Both the position numbers and the translations under genes were made by a program. A stretch of DNA of 64,000 nt from an uncultured Clostridia bacterium (GTDB taxonomy: Bacteria; Bacillota; Clostridia; Saccharofermentanales; DTU023): NCBI GenBank assembly GCA_937922005.1, contig CAKZWV010000054.1, forward strand, positions 11,855 to 75,854, given 5' to 3'. The notes beneath the pieces are model-generated. The model saw only the letters and a program-made list of their open reading frames with translations. It was not told the origin of the DNA and made no database searches. How positions within the stretch are numbered: the first letter of the stretch is position 1; each line of letters begins with the position of its first letter. This document shows positions 49,274 to 57,981 of this stretch, piece after piece.

Positions 49274-49303
49274 GGGGCGGACCTTGCGATCCGTCCCTTT
49301 TTT
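49274..49303 (+). terminator. Intrinsic terminator
   Basis: GGGGCGGA-ccttgcga-TCCGTCCC followed by TTTTTTG. Confidence 0.8.
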
Positions 49304-49641
49304 GCCGTTTGCTGAAAACCTTCCACCTTTTTCAGCAGGTAGTAGGCTGTTAGCCAATTTTAGGAGTATAAATAAATTGAGAGGTATTCAATTTCTGTTT
49401 TCTATGAAACTGATCCCAGGAGCTTTCAGTGACTTCTTTCCTGAGTTCGAAATCAGTATAACAGGCAAAGCTAAATTGAACCTAAAAGATCACCGACAAA
49501 TTTATTCTTTTTGTCGGAAGCCTTTGACATCCCCCTTTCCGGGGGGATTTTTCTTTTGATGGCTCATTTTGCCACACGCCACTCCACTGCACTGCACCTG
49601 CAAAACCCTTAGTCAATTCATCGACAGCTTATTCAACCCAC

Positions 49642-49675
49642 AAAAAAAGACCAGATAGCACTACGCTATCTGGTC
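49642..49675 (-). terminator. Intrinsic terminator downstream of the amidotransferase gene
   Basis: On the minus strand, GACCAGATAGC-gtagt-GCTATCTGGTC is followed by a T7 run. Confidence 0.8.
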
Positions 49676-49854
49676 TGAACTATTCACGTCTTGACAGTAA
49701 AAAAAATGAAAGGAGTAAAAAAATACTGTCAACATCATGAATAACTTCGAATTAAGTTCATCCTATCACGCTAATAGCGAATTGTCAAGGCACAATCAGC
49801 GAAAATCTTTGTCCTCCGGGGAAAATCTCCAGCTTTCTTATAACAAAATCTCCT

Positions 49855-51051
49855 TTACAGTGGCAGTGATTCTCTCTCTCCCGCAGCCCCAACCAAGGCC
49901 AGGAAGATCTTATTATGGACTTCGTTTCCACGGGTAGTCGGTTGAAAGAGCATTTCTGGGTGCCATTGGACCCCCAAGAGGAAGGGATAAGTTTTCAAGT
50001 AGGACTTCACGTCCGCAATACTTAGGTCTAGGCCCAGACTTTTCCAAAAGCTTGGCGGTTGAGATCCATTGCCTTCAGCTGTTTCCAGGTCGTTGCGGTT
50101 TTCCAGGTTCTTCCGGTCTTCCCGGTCACTCAGCCCATTCCTGGCCAGTTCAATGGCCTCAATAACTCCGTCTTGGGCCCAGGCGACAGCTTTCAGGGGA
50201 GAAGCCACCCGGTCTACAGCCTGGTGGTGGAGGGAATTGACCTCAAGGGTGAGCGACGGAGATTTAGTATGAGCGGTAATCCCCGGCTCGGTTACATGGC
50301 CCGGATCGGCAGCAAGCCCTGGATCTGCTCCGCCTACGATCGCCGCCAGGGCGGAATTTCCTTGAATCTGAACCTTGTGGGTGGGTTGATAGAAGCCACC
50401 CTGCTGGAGGTGCTGGACGGTGCCCCGGCGATCTCGAGGCATTTCGTTTGCCTCACGAGAGGAATTCGCTGCCCCAGGAAGCTTGCTGCCTGCACCAGCA
50501 TGGTCCTCTGCGCTAGCTGCCCGGGGCTCCGTTTCCGCTACCTGGGCCTGATGATCGCCAAGATCTTGGATCAGCGTGCCTCCTAAAAAGACGTTGATAA
50601 GCTGCATCCCCCGACAAATCCCGAGAATGGGCTTTTTCGCTCGGATGGCAGCCGCTAGAACCGCCATGTCGAAGAGGTCACGTTCGGGAAGGCTAGCAGC
50701 GAGATGCACCTCCGGCTCCTCCCCATACCAGGAAGGGTGGAGATCATGGCCCCCAGTGATGACAAGGCCGTCCATGGCAGCAAGCTGGGAGGCGATGGAA
50801 GAAAGAAAAGCAGGCGAGGGAGTATTTGCTGGAGAGTGGAGGAGGGGGAGAATGAAGGGAACGCCGCCATTTTCGGCGATGGCACGGACAAAGTGGTCGT
50901 TGGCATACGAGCGCTCGAGGCCCGCCCAGCCAGGTTCCGTGTCAGCCAAGATGCTGCCCGTGATGCCGATGCGAGGGGGGCGAGGGGGCAGGGAGGAAGG
51001 AGAGCATTGTGAAGCATGCGAAAACTCGGGATAGGAGGTGGAATTATGCAT
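49855..51051 (-). CDS. Class I glutamine amidotransferase / peptidase C26 (gamma-glutamyl-GABA hydrolase-like) with large insertions
   Basis: GICRGMQLINVFLGGTLIQDL (catalytic Cys) and LGVQWHPE. Confidence 0.8.
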   Translation of the reverse strand: MHNSTSYPEFSHASQCSPSSLPPRPPRIGITGSILADTEPGWAGLERSYANDHFVRAIAENGGVPFILPLLHSPANTPSPAFLSSIASQLAAMDGLVITGGHDLHPSWYGEEPEVHLAASLPERDLFDMAVLAAAIRAKKPILGICRGMQLINVFLGGTLIQDLGDHQAQVAETEPRAASAEDHAGAGSKLPGAANSSREANEMPRDRRGTVQHLQQGGFYQPTHKVQIQGNSALAAIVGGADPGLAADPGHVTEPGITAHTKSPSLTLEVNSLHHQAVDRVASPLKAVAWAQDGVIEAIELARNGLSDREDRKNLENRNDLETAEGNGSQPPSFWKSLGLDLSIADVKSYLKTYPFLLGVQWHPEMLFQPTTRGNEVHNKIFLALVGAAGERESLPL

Positions 51052-51072
51052 ATCGGTTACCTTACAATCAGC

Positions 51073-51615
51073 CTATTTTTTGGCCTTGGCTGCTCCCGCA
51101 TTCCCCTGCCCAAGGGCCTGGTTGGCCTTCAGGAGATCACGAATTTCACTGAGCAGAATCTGATCCCGGGTAGGCTTTTCAGCCTCTGCCTTAGCTTCTT
51201 CCTCAGCTTTCTTCTTGGCGGCTGCCTCTTTAGCGAGCTGCTCCTGGAAGAGGGTATCGCTGATGGTGTTGATCATTTTGATCAGGAGGAAAACGACGAT
51301 GGAAATGAGGAGGAAATTAACTGTGGACTGGATGAAATTGCCGTACATGAGGGCGGCTTCAGGGCGTCCGTCAGCAGCGGGCCGGATCACAAATTTTAGG
51401 TGGGTGAAGTTGATACCGCCGAATAGCCAGCCGATGAGGGGCATAAGGAGGTCGTTGACGAGGGATTTGACGATGGCGGTAAAAGCCCCGCCGACGACGA
51501 GGCCAACCGCCAGGTCAATGACATTGCCTCGTGAAATAAAGGCCTTAAATTCTTCGATAATCGTCTTTTTTTCCTTGCCATCCTTGGATTTTTCTGCGCT
51601 TTTTTTACTTGACAT
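51073..51615 (-). CDS. mscL: Large-conductance mechanosensitive channel
   Basis: EFKAFISRGNVIDLAVGLVVGGAFTAIVKSLVNDLLMPLIG. Lys-rich N- and C-terminal extensions. Confidence 0.93.
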   Translation of the reverse strand: MSSKKSAEKSKDGKEKKTIIEEFKAFISRGNVIDLAVGLVVGGAFTAIVKSLVNDLLMPLIGWLFGGINFTHLKFVIRPAADGRPEAALMYGNFIQSTVNFLLISIVVFLLIKMINTISDTLFQEQLAKEAAAKKKAEEEAKAEAEKPTRDQILLSEIRDLLKANQALGQGNAGAAKAKK

Positions 51616-51654
51616 GCAAATATTCCTTTCTTTTTACAGGGAATCTGTTTTGAG

Positions 51655-51696
51655 GATTCCATTTTGGGGATTTCATTTTGGGGATTCTGCGCCTGC
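51655..51696. repeat. Three tandem ~14-bp repeats 40-80 nt upstream of mscL
   Basis: TGTTTTGAGGATT / (C)CATTTTGGGGATT / (T)CATTTTGGGGATT. Confidence 0.7.
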
Positions 51697-52108
51697 TGAT
51701 TGGCAGCCACCGTGGGCTTCATGGCGTTCAGAATGTCCTTTGGCTTGCCTTACCTATAGCAGCGACAGTTAGCCTTAGGGCGTTTACCAAGCTTTCTAAC
51801 TTAGGCCACTTAGCGCTTGCAAAACGTATTAACACCGCACTTTCTAAGATAGCGAATCCCGGAACAAATAAAAAGGCCGGGAAAAGAGAATTTTGGTCCC
51901 CAACACCCTGCTTCTTCTTATTTCACTGAAAAATTCACCGAGAATTCACGAAAAGTCCCAGGACTTCTGTATAATGGAGGACACAGAGTTGAAAAAAGAC
52001 GGTGACCCAGACCCATCCGAGTGCCTTTTTAAGCAGGATATCAGGAAGAGATGAGAGCGATGAGGGTGTGCGAAACTGGCAGGAAGGAGGTCGGGAAAGG
52101 AGAGAACC

Positions 52109-53419
52109 ATGGAGAAAGACGGCAAAACCGGCAAAGATAGCAAAGACAGCAAAGTAAGCAAAGTAAGTAAAGATAGCAGAGAACCTGCCTTGAGATTCAA
52201 GGGCTTTGAAAGAGAGTGGGAAGAGAGGAAGCTGGGGGAGCTCGGCGACACTTACAGTGGTCTTTCTGGTAAAATGAAAAGTGATTTTGGCCACGGAGAT
52301 GCTAGATATATCACCTATCTCAATGTCTTTGCAAATCCAATTACTGACCCGAAAATGACAGAGCCCATTGAAATAGATTCCAAACAAAATGAAGTCGAAA
52401 TTGGCGATGTATTTTTTACGACTTCCTCAGAAACTCCAGAAGAAGTCGGAATGTCCTCTGTCTTACTTGAGAAACAAGATCACACCTACCTCAATAGTTT
52501 TTGCTTTGGCTACCGACCTAGTATTGATATTGATAAGCACTATCTTGCATACATGCTACGCTCTAAGCTCATGAGGGAGCAAATTACCTTCCTGGCTCAA
52601 GGCATCTCCAGATACAATATTTCCAAAAATAAAGTAATGGAAATCAGCGTTCCCTTACCCTCACCAAAGGAACAAATGCTGATTGGACAGTACCTAAGCT
52701 ATCTCGATCGCCTCATCTCCCTCCAACAACAAAAACTCAACAAGCTCGAAGAATTCAAAAAAGCCATGCTCGATAAGATGTTTCCGCAAAAGGGAAGCAG
52801 GGTTCCGGAAATACGATTTCAGGGGTTTACGGAGCCATGGGAGGAGGTTGTTCTGAGTAAATTGGTTAGTCAAGTGACACGAAATGAACCGTCGTCGGAG
52901 GCTCCCATCATGATGATTACAGCAAATGATGGATTTATTGACCAATCAGAGAGATATAATTTTAACAATGCAGGAGAAAGTCTAAAAAAATATATTCTTC
53001 TTAAAAAAGGTGAGCTTGCTTACAATCACGGAGCTTCAAAACTGCGTCCTTATGGTTCCTGTTTTGCCCTAACGAATGAAGATTATGCACGTATTCCATT
53101 TGTTTATCACTGCTTTTCTACAGATACACAAAACCCAGAGTTTCTTTCTTTCGTCCTAAATGGGCAAAGTGTTATGTCTCAGCTGCGCAAAATAATATCC
53201 TCAGGAGCAAGAATGGATGGGTTACTTAACATTTCATTTGATGATTATACATCCCTATCCATATCAATCCCAACTAAAAAAGAGCAAAATCAGATTGTCT
53301 TATACTTCTCCCAGCTCGACCGCCTCATCTCCCTCCACCGACAAAAGCTCGAAAAGCTCCAGTCCCTTAAAAAGGCCATGTTGGAGCAGATGTTCCCTGC
53401 GCCGCCAAGACAAGCTTAA
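52109..53419 (+). CDS. hsdS: Type I restriction-modification specificity subunit HsdS (solitary)
   Basis: Two target-recognition domains, each followed by a conserved helix: LDRLISLQQQKLNKLEEFKKAMLDKMFP and LDRLISLHRQKLEKLQSLKKAMLEQMFP. The N-terminus LRFKGFEREWEERKLGEL is typical. Confidence 0.88.
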   Translation: MEKDGKTGKDSKDSKVSKVSKDSREPALRFKGFEREWEERKLGELGDTYSGLSGKMKSDFGHGDARYITYLNVFANPITDPKMTEPIEIDSKQNEVEIGDVFFTTSSETPEEVGMSSVLLEKQDHTYLNSFCFGYRPSIDIDKHYLAYMLRSKLMREQITFLAQGISRYNISKNKVMEISVPLPSPKEQMLIGQYLSYLDRLISLQQQKLNKLEEFKKAMLDKMFPQKGSRVPEIRFQGFTEPWEEVVLSKLVSQVTRNEPSSEAPIMMITANDGFIDQSERYNFNNAGESLKKYILLKKGELAYNHGASKLRPYGSCFALTNEDYARIPFVYHCFSTDTQNPEFLSFVLNGQSVMSQLRKIISSGARMDGLLNISFDDYTSLSISIPTKKEQNQIVLYFSQLDRLISLHRQKLEKLQSLKKAMLEQMFPAPPRQA

Positions 53420-53422
53420 ACC

Positions 53423-54706
53423 ATGAGAACATTCTTTCGCTGGACCATGCTGGTCTTGGGCCTTGCCCTCCTCGTTTTTATTAGCTACCTGATCGGCGTC
53501 TCCTATGGCCTCTGGCCAAGATTTGGCCCCCAAGACGAGATCGATACCATCCTTCGCCAGATGACCCTTCGGGAGAAGATTTGCCAGCTTTTTATTGTCC
53601 TCCCGGAGCAAGTCATTGAACCAACGGAAAATACAGGCGAGGACCAAGACACGGAGCAGGCCGACCTCAAGCTTTCCCAAAAGCGTACTCCCGGACCTGA
53701 TACCAAACCCAAGCCGGATCCAGCATCCCACCCTGCCATCACCCAAGTAGGCCCAGAAGTGGGAATCGACATGGAAGCCGTCCTCAGCAAATACCCCGTC
53801 GGCGGGTTTTTCCTGAACAGCCCTCACCTCATCAGCCAGGCCCAGGTCCGTGCCCTCACCCAGGGCCTCCAAAAACACAGCAAAATCCCCCTCATCCTCA
53901 CCTGCGACGAGGAAGGCGGCCGGGTTTCCCGCCTTATGGAGACCGTCGGCACCACCCCCATCGGCCCCATGCTTTCCTACCAGGACCAGGGGCCCGCCGT
54001 CGCCACCGCCAACGCCCGCACCATCGCCCGGGACATGACCGCCCTCGGTTTCAACATGGACCTGGCCCCCGTGGCCGACGTCTGGTCCAACCCCACCAAC
54101 ACTGTCATCGGCGACCGAGCCTACAGCACCGACTTCGACCAGGCCGCTGACCTCATCCGAGCTGCCGTCCTAGGTTTTCACTCCCCCTCTAACAAATACT
54201 CCCTCGCCTGTACCCTCAAGCATTTTCCCGGCCACGGCGACACCACAGCCGACAGTCATGACGGGACGGTCTATGTAGAAAAGACGCTGGAGTATTTGAG
54301 GAGGGAAGAGCTAAAGCCCTTTCAGGCGGGGATCGATGCGGGAGCTGACGCCGTCATGATCGGCCACCTCGTCGTGCGCCAAGTCGACCCGACGATCGCC
54401 CCCCTGTCGCACAAAATCACGACCGAGCTCCTGCGGGATGAAATGCGGTTTCAGGGGGTGATTCTCACGGACAGCCTGCTGATGGGGGCCGTGACGAGCC
54501 TTTACACGCCGGAGGACCTGGCGGTGCGGGCCATCGAGGCGGGCGTCGACATGCTCCTCTGCCCTGCGGACCTCGACCGTTCGCTAGCGGCTCTCCAGAC
54601 AGCTGTGGAGACCGGCCGCCTGCCAGAATCCCGGATCGACGCAAGCGTCCGCCGCATCCTGAACCTGAAAGCCAACCGGGGGATTTTGCAGGGAGAGGAG
54701 GAGTGA
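53423..54706 (+). CDS. Glycoside hydrolase family 3 beta-N-acetylhexosaminidase (membrane-anchored or secreted)
   Basis: N-terminal TM/signal segment, DEEGGRVSRL, and KHFPGHGDTTADSH. Confidence 0.85.
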   Translation: MRTFFRWTMLVLGLALLVFISYLIGVSYGLWPRFGPQDEIDTILRQMTLREKICQLFIVLPEQVIEPTENTGEDQDTEQADLKLSQKRTPGPDTKPKPDPASHPAITQVGPEVGIDMEAVLSKYPVGGFFLNSPHLISQAQVRALTQGLQKHSKIPLILTCDEEGGRVSRLMETVGTTPIGPMLSYQDQGPAVATANARTIARDMTALGFNMDLAPVADVWSNPTNTVIGDRAYSTDFDQAADLIRAAVLGFHSPSNKYSLACTLKHFPGHGDTTADSHDGTVYVEKTLEYLRREELKPFQAGIDAGADAVMIGHLVVRQVDPTIAPLSHKITTELLRDEMRFQGVILTDSLLMGAVTSLYTPEDLAVRAIEAGVDMLLCPADLDRSLAALQTAVETGRLPESRIDASVRRILNLKANRGILQGEEE

Positions 54707-54818
54707 AACACGGGGAGTTTTGCAAGTGCCGCGACTTCCATTCTTCAGCTGCAGCCTTCTTATTTCGTGACGTGCCTTTCATTTCTTTGTTCCAGCGCTT
54801 ACAATAGTAAAAAAAAGA

Positions 54819-54838
54819 AAACTTGATTTCTCAAGTTT
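54819..54838. promoter_or_regulatory. Palindromic candidate operator just upstream of the antitoxin RBS
   Basis: AAACTTGA-tttc-TCAAGTTT, immediately 5' of AGGGAGGAGG and the ATG at 54854. Confidence 0.45.
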
Positions 54839-54853
54839 AGGGAGGAGGGTCTC

Positions 54854-55111
54854 ATGAATCTAGCTAAAGTCTCGGCCAATGGCCAAATTACCGTACCTAT
54901 TGAAATCAGAAAATCCTTAAATCTGAAACCAGGTGACAAAATACTGTTTTACCAAAAGCCTAACGGGGAGGTCGTGGTAAGCAATGCTTCAGCCGCAGCT
55001 CTCGAGAAAGCGCAATTGGCCTTCGCCGGAGTAGCTGAAGCTATGGGGGTTCATACGGAAGAGGATGTTCAACGTTTGATCGATGAAGTTCGATATGGAA
55101 AGCAAGAGTAA
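54854..55111 (+). CDS. AbrB/MazE/SpoVT-type antitoxin
   Basis: MNLAKVSANGQITVPIEIRKSLNLKPGDKILF is a typical SpoVT-AbrB swapped-hairpin N-terminus. Confidence 0.8.
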   Translation: MNLAKVSANGQITVPIEIRKSLNLKPGDKILFYQKPNGEVVVSNASAAALEKAQLAFAGVAEAMGVHTEEDVQRLIDEVRYGKQE

Positions 55112-55505
55112 TATGAGAATTCTCGTGGATACCAATGTATTGTTTTCTGCCTTACTATTTCCGAACTCTAAACCTGCGCAAGCGTTGCTTCACATTCTAA
55201 ACGAGCATGATATTGTCTTATGCGATCAAACTATTGCTGAATTGTGGGAAGTAATCGGAAGAAAAGCACCGCAGATGTTACCAGATGCAGAAGTCTTTCT
55301 AGCTGAGATTTCCTATGAGTTAATTCCTGCTGTTCGATACGGCGTAAAATTGATAAGAGATGCTAGTGATCAGCCTATTTTAAATGCGGCGATTGTCTTT
55401 AATGTTGATGTAATCCTTACAGGTGATAAAGACTTTCTAAGTCTGGGTTTAGAGCAACCACAATGTTTAACTGTTTCACAATTTCTAACCCAGGAAGGAT
55501 ACTGA
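55083..55505 (+). CDS. PIN-domain toxin (VapC-like)
   Basis: ILVDTNVLFSAL ... TGDKDFL. The probable start is ATG 55113, 1 nt after the antitoxin stop; the ORF opens at 55083. Confidence 0.8.
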   Translation: MKFDMESKSNMRILVDTNVLFSALLFPNSKPAQALLHILNEHDIVLCDQTIAELWEVIGRKAPQMLPDAEVFLAEISYELIPAVRYGVKLIRDASDQPILNAAIVFNVDVILTGDKDFLSLGLEQPQCLTVSQFLTQEGY

Positions 55506-55675
55506 GCGCTGATTGTATACGTAAATATTATTTCGGCTCCTTGCTTTTTCTCTAGCATTTGGATAAAATAGCTAATCGCTGGTCGTTGTGGCAATGATAA
55601 GCAAAGCATTAGGCAGGACTTATCTTTCAGACTTCTCAGGTGTCTAGAAGATGCTGCAAGCTAGCTAAGAGTTGC

Positions 55676-55763
55676 GGAAGAGTGGCCGAGCGGTTGAAGG
55701 CACTGGTCTTGAAAACCAGCAAGGGTCACACCTTCATGGGTTCGAATCCCATCTCTTCCGCCA
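55676..55763 (+). tRNA. tRNA-Ser (anticodon UGA)
   Basis: Acceptor GGAAGAG/CTCTTCC, anticodon stem-loop CTGGT-CTTGAAA-ACCAG, a long variable arm, T-arm GGGTTCGAATCCC, and an encoded CCA. Confidence 0.92.
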
Positions 55764-55767
55764 AATG

Positions 55768-55812
55768 AAAAGAGCTCCTAGGATTATTCGTTTCTGAGGG
55801 GCTCTTTTTGCT
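55768..55812 (+). terminator. Terminator after tRNA-Ser
   Basis: AAAGAGCTCC...GGGGCTCTTT (one G-U pair) followed by TTGCTTTTT. Confidence 0.65.
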
Positions 55813-55989
55813 TTTTCAGCTGTCTTACTAATGCTAGAATTCTTTAAATAAAAAGGAATAATTGAAAATATCGGTATATCTTCACCAAGAACAACATGGA
55901 GGGGTTCCCGATAACGTAGTGTCAGCAGTGCTGACACAATTGAGCTGAACGAATATACAGAAATCTGCCCCACCGTCAGCAAAGCTTAC

Positions 55990-56199
55990 TTACTTTCCCT
56001 TCTTATTGAAGAAGATGGCCAAAGCAACACACACCACGATCCCTACGACGTACGGAATGCCCGTGAAAAAGGCGACAGAAGGCGGTGCACTATTAACGAC
56101 CGCATTCGTCATATTGTAATAATTGTAGCCCACAACTGCACACATGACGTTAGACAGCAGGACAGCTAAAATCCAGAAAACAGTTGAAAGCTTTTTCAT
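55990..56199 (-). CDS. Small two-TM membrane protein (69 aa)
   Basis: AAGGAGGG RBS upstream of the ATG and two clear hydrophobic helices. Confidence 0.6.
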   Translation of the reverse strand: MKKLSTVFWILAVLLSNVMCAVVGYNYYNMTNAVVNSAPPSVAFFTGIPYVVGIVVCVALAIFFNKKGK

Positions 56200-56322
56200 A
56201 GCAAATTTTCCCTCCTTTGCAATTCACCATTCTCTCGCTCGCAGCCCCTTGTTTCTGTTGCAAGCGATTTGCATTTTGGGCGCAGGTACGCTCACCCTTT
56301 TTATTCCGCCTATATAAAGATC

Positions 56323-57684
56323 TTACTTCTCGAGCAGCCAGTCGATGAGGTTGAGCGACTTGATACCATTATAGGAAGTAATGAAGTTGCGGTCCATGGA
56401 AAGGACTATTTTTTCGTAGTTGTCGGGAATCATGCAAAGGGGGCGCAGTTCCCGGTCACGGGTTTCGGGCACCTGCATGCTTTCCGTGACCTGAATATAG
56501 ACTTTGTTATCGGGCTTTTCAGCGACAAAATCGACTTCGAACTCATTGACCTTCCCGATATAAACCCGGTAGTCACGGCGGAGTAACTCAAGAAAAACGA
56601 CATTCTCAAGGATATGCTCCCGGTCGGCGTCCCGATAGCCAAGAAGCATATTGCGAAAGCCCAGGTCAGAGATGTAGTATTTGCCAAGAGTTTTGAGCAG
56701 CTGCTTCCCTTTCACGTCGTAGCGGCCAACCTGGAAAAACACCAAGGCGTTCAGGAGCATCGAAATGTATTTATCCACCGTCTTCCCGGCCACGCTCTTC
56801 CCGGCCACGCTCTTCTGCTTGCCCGTTGGGATGTCGCCTTCGTTTGAAAGCGACTTGCCCATGCTGTTCGGCGAGGTGATACTACCAATGTTCGAACACA
56901 AAAACAGCATAATTTTCTGCAAAGTGGCCTGGTCAGCCCCGGGATTCCGCTGCAAAACATCCCGCAAGACCACCGTCGAATAAATCCCCTCCAAAGCCTG
57001 CATGCTCCGAGGCTCGTTAAAACGATACTCCCGCAACACGGGCATCCCGCCGAATTGGAGAAAACGCTGGAATATTTGTTCCAAGGAGAGGTCAGACGCA
57101 AAGTCGTAAAACTGCAAAAACTCCGCAAAAGAAAGGGGCAGCATCTTGATCTCAACAAATCTTCCCGACAGCATGGTCGCAAATTCCGTCGAGAGGAGGT
57201 AGGCGTTGGAGCCCGTGATGTAGATGTCGACGTCGAAGTCGATGCGGAAGGACTCGATGGCCTTTTCCCAATGCTCCACGGCCTGAAGCTCATCAAAGAT
57301 GAGGTAGGTTTTCTGGCCGTGGGCGAGGGCGTCGGACTGGCCTTTTGCATGGGCCTCGGAAAGGGCGTCAGAAAGGCCTTTAGCACGGTCTTCGGAGAGG
57401 GCGTCTGAAGGGCCGTGGGCAAGCTGAGCACTGACATGGTCGTAAAAGGCCAGGTAATCGGTCAGCTTGCGGTAGCGCAAAGACTCCATGTTCATGTGGA
57501 TGATACGAGATTCGGGGACGCCGTGGTCCAGAAGATACTGGTGGAAGAGGTCGAGCAAGGAGGATTTGCCGCAGCGACGGATGCCGGTGACAATTTTTAC
57601 CAGGTCGACATCTTTATGTTGGATCAGTTGGTTTAGGTATTGGGGTCGGTTGATTAGTTTCGTCATCTGCCACACATCTGCCAC
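56323..57684 (-). CDS. AAA-family ATPase with DUF4143-like C-terminus
   Basis: RPQYLNQLIQHKDVDLVKIVTGIRRCGKSSLL (Walker A) and LIFDELQ (Walker B). Contains a 2.6 x 12-aa repeat insert. The start codon is ambiguous: GTG 57684, GTG 57675 or ATG 57666. Confidence 0.75.
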   Translation of the reverse strand: MADVWQMTKLINRPQYLNQLIQHKDVDLVKIVTGIRRCGKSSLLDLFHQYLLDHGVPESRIIHMNMESLRYRKLTDYLAFYDHVSAQLAHGPSDALSEDRAKGLSDALSEAHAKGQSDALAHGQKTYLIFDELQAVEHWEKAIESFRIDFDVDIYITGSNAYLLSTEFATMLSGRFVEIKMLPLSFAEFLQFYDFASDLSLEQIFQRFLQFGGMPVLREYRFNEPRSMQALEGIYSTVVLRDVLQRNPGADQATLQKIMLFLCSNIGSITSPNSMGKSLSNEGDIPTGKQKSVAGKSVAGKTVDKYISMLLNALVFFQVGRYDVKGKQLLKTLGKYYISDLGFRNMLLGYRDADREHILENVVFLELLRRDYRVYIGKVNEFEVDFVAEKPDNKVYIQVTESMQVPETRDRELRPLCMIPDNYEKIVLSMDRNFITSYNGIKSLNLIDWLLEK

Positions 57685-57842
57685 CTCCCATGATTCGTTT
57701 CGTCATCTGATAGCTCTTGCGATTTTCTGCCCTCATGATACTAAAACTCTGCTGAAAAGGAAAGTTTCAGACTTGGAAGTCGGAAACTTTCATAAGCTTG
57801 AGCGCTGTTTTGGGGAAAGCTGGGAGATTAGGGGCCAATAAA

Positions 57843-57868
57843 AAGAGCGCAGCTTGCGCTACGCTCTT
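57843..57868 (-). terminator. Terminator downstream of LPXTG gene A
   Basis: On the minus strand, AAGAGCG-tagcgcaagctg-CGCTCTT is followed by TTTATT. Confidence 0.65.
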
Positions 57869-57981
57869 GGGTTACTGCTGAGATGTCAATTACTTGAGAT
57901 GTTTTTGCTTGTTGCCAATTTTTTTCCTGGAATGAGCTCCTAGATTTTTCCTTGGATTTTCACCCTGCCTGCTTTGGGCGG

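Noticed and set aside
52109-53419. Phase-variable hsdS shufflon.
   Set aside because: The window has no inverted partial hsdS copies and no nearby site-specific recombinase. Only the orphan status is reported.
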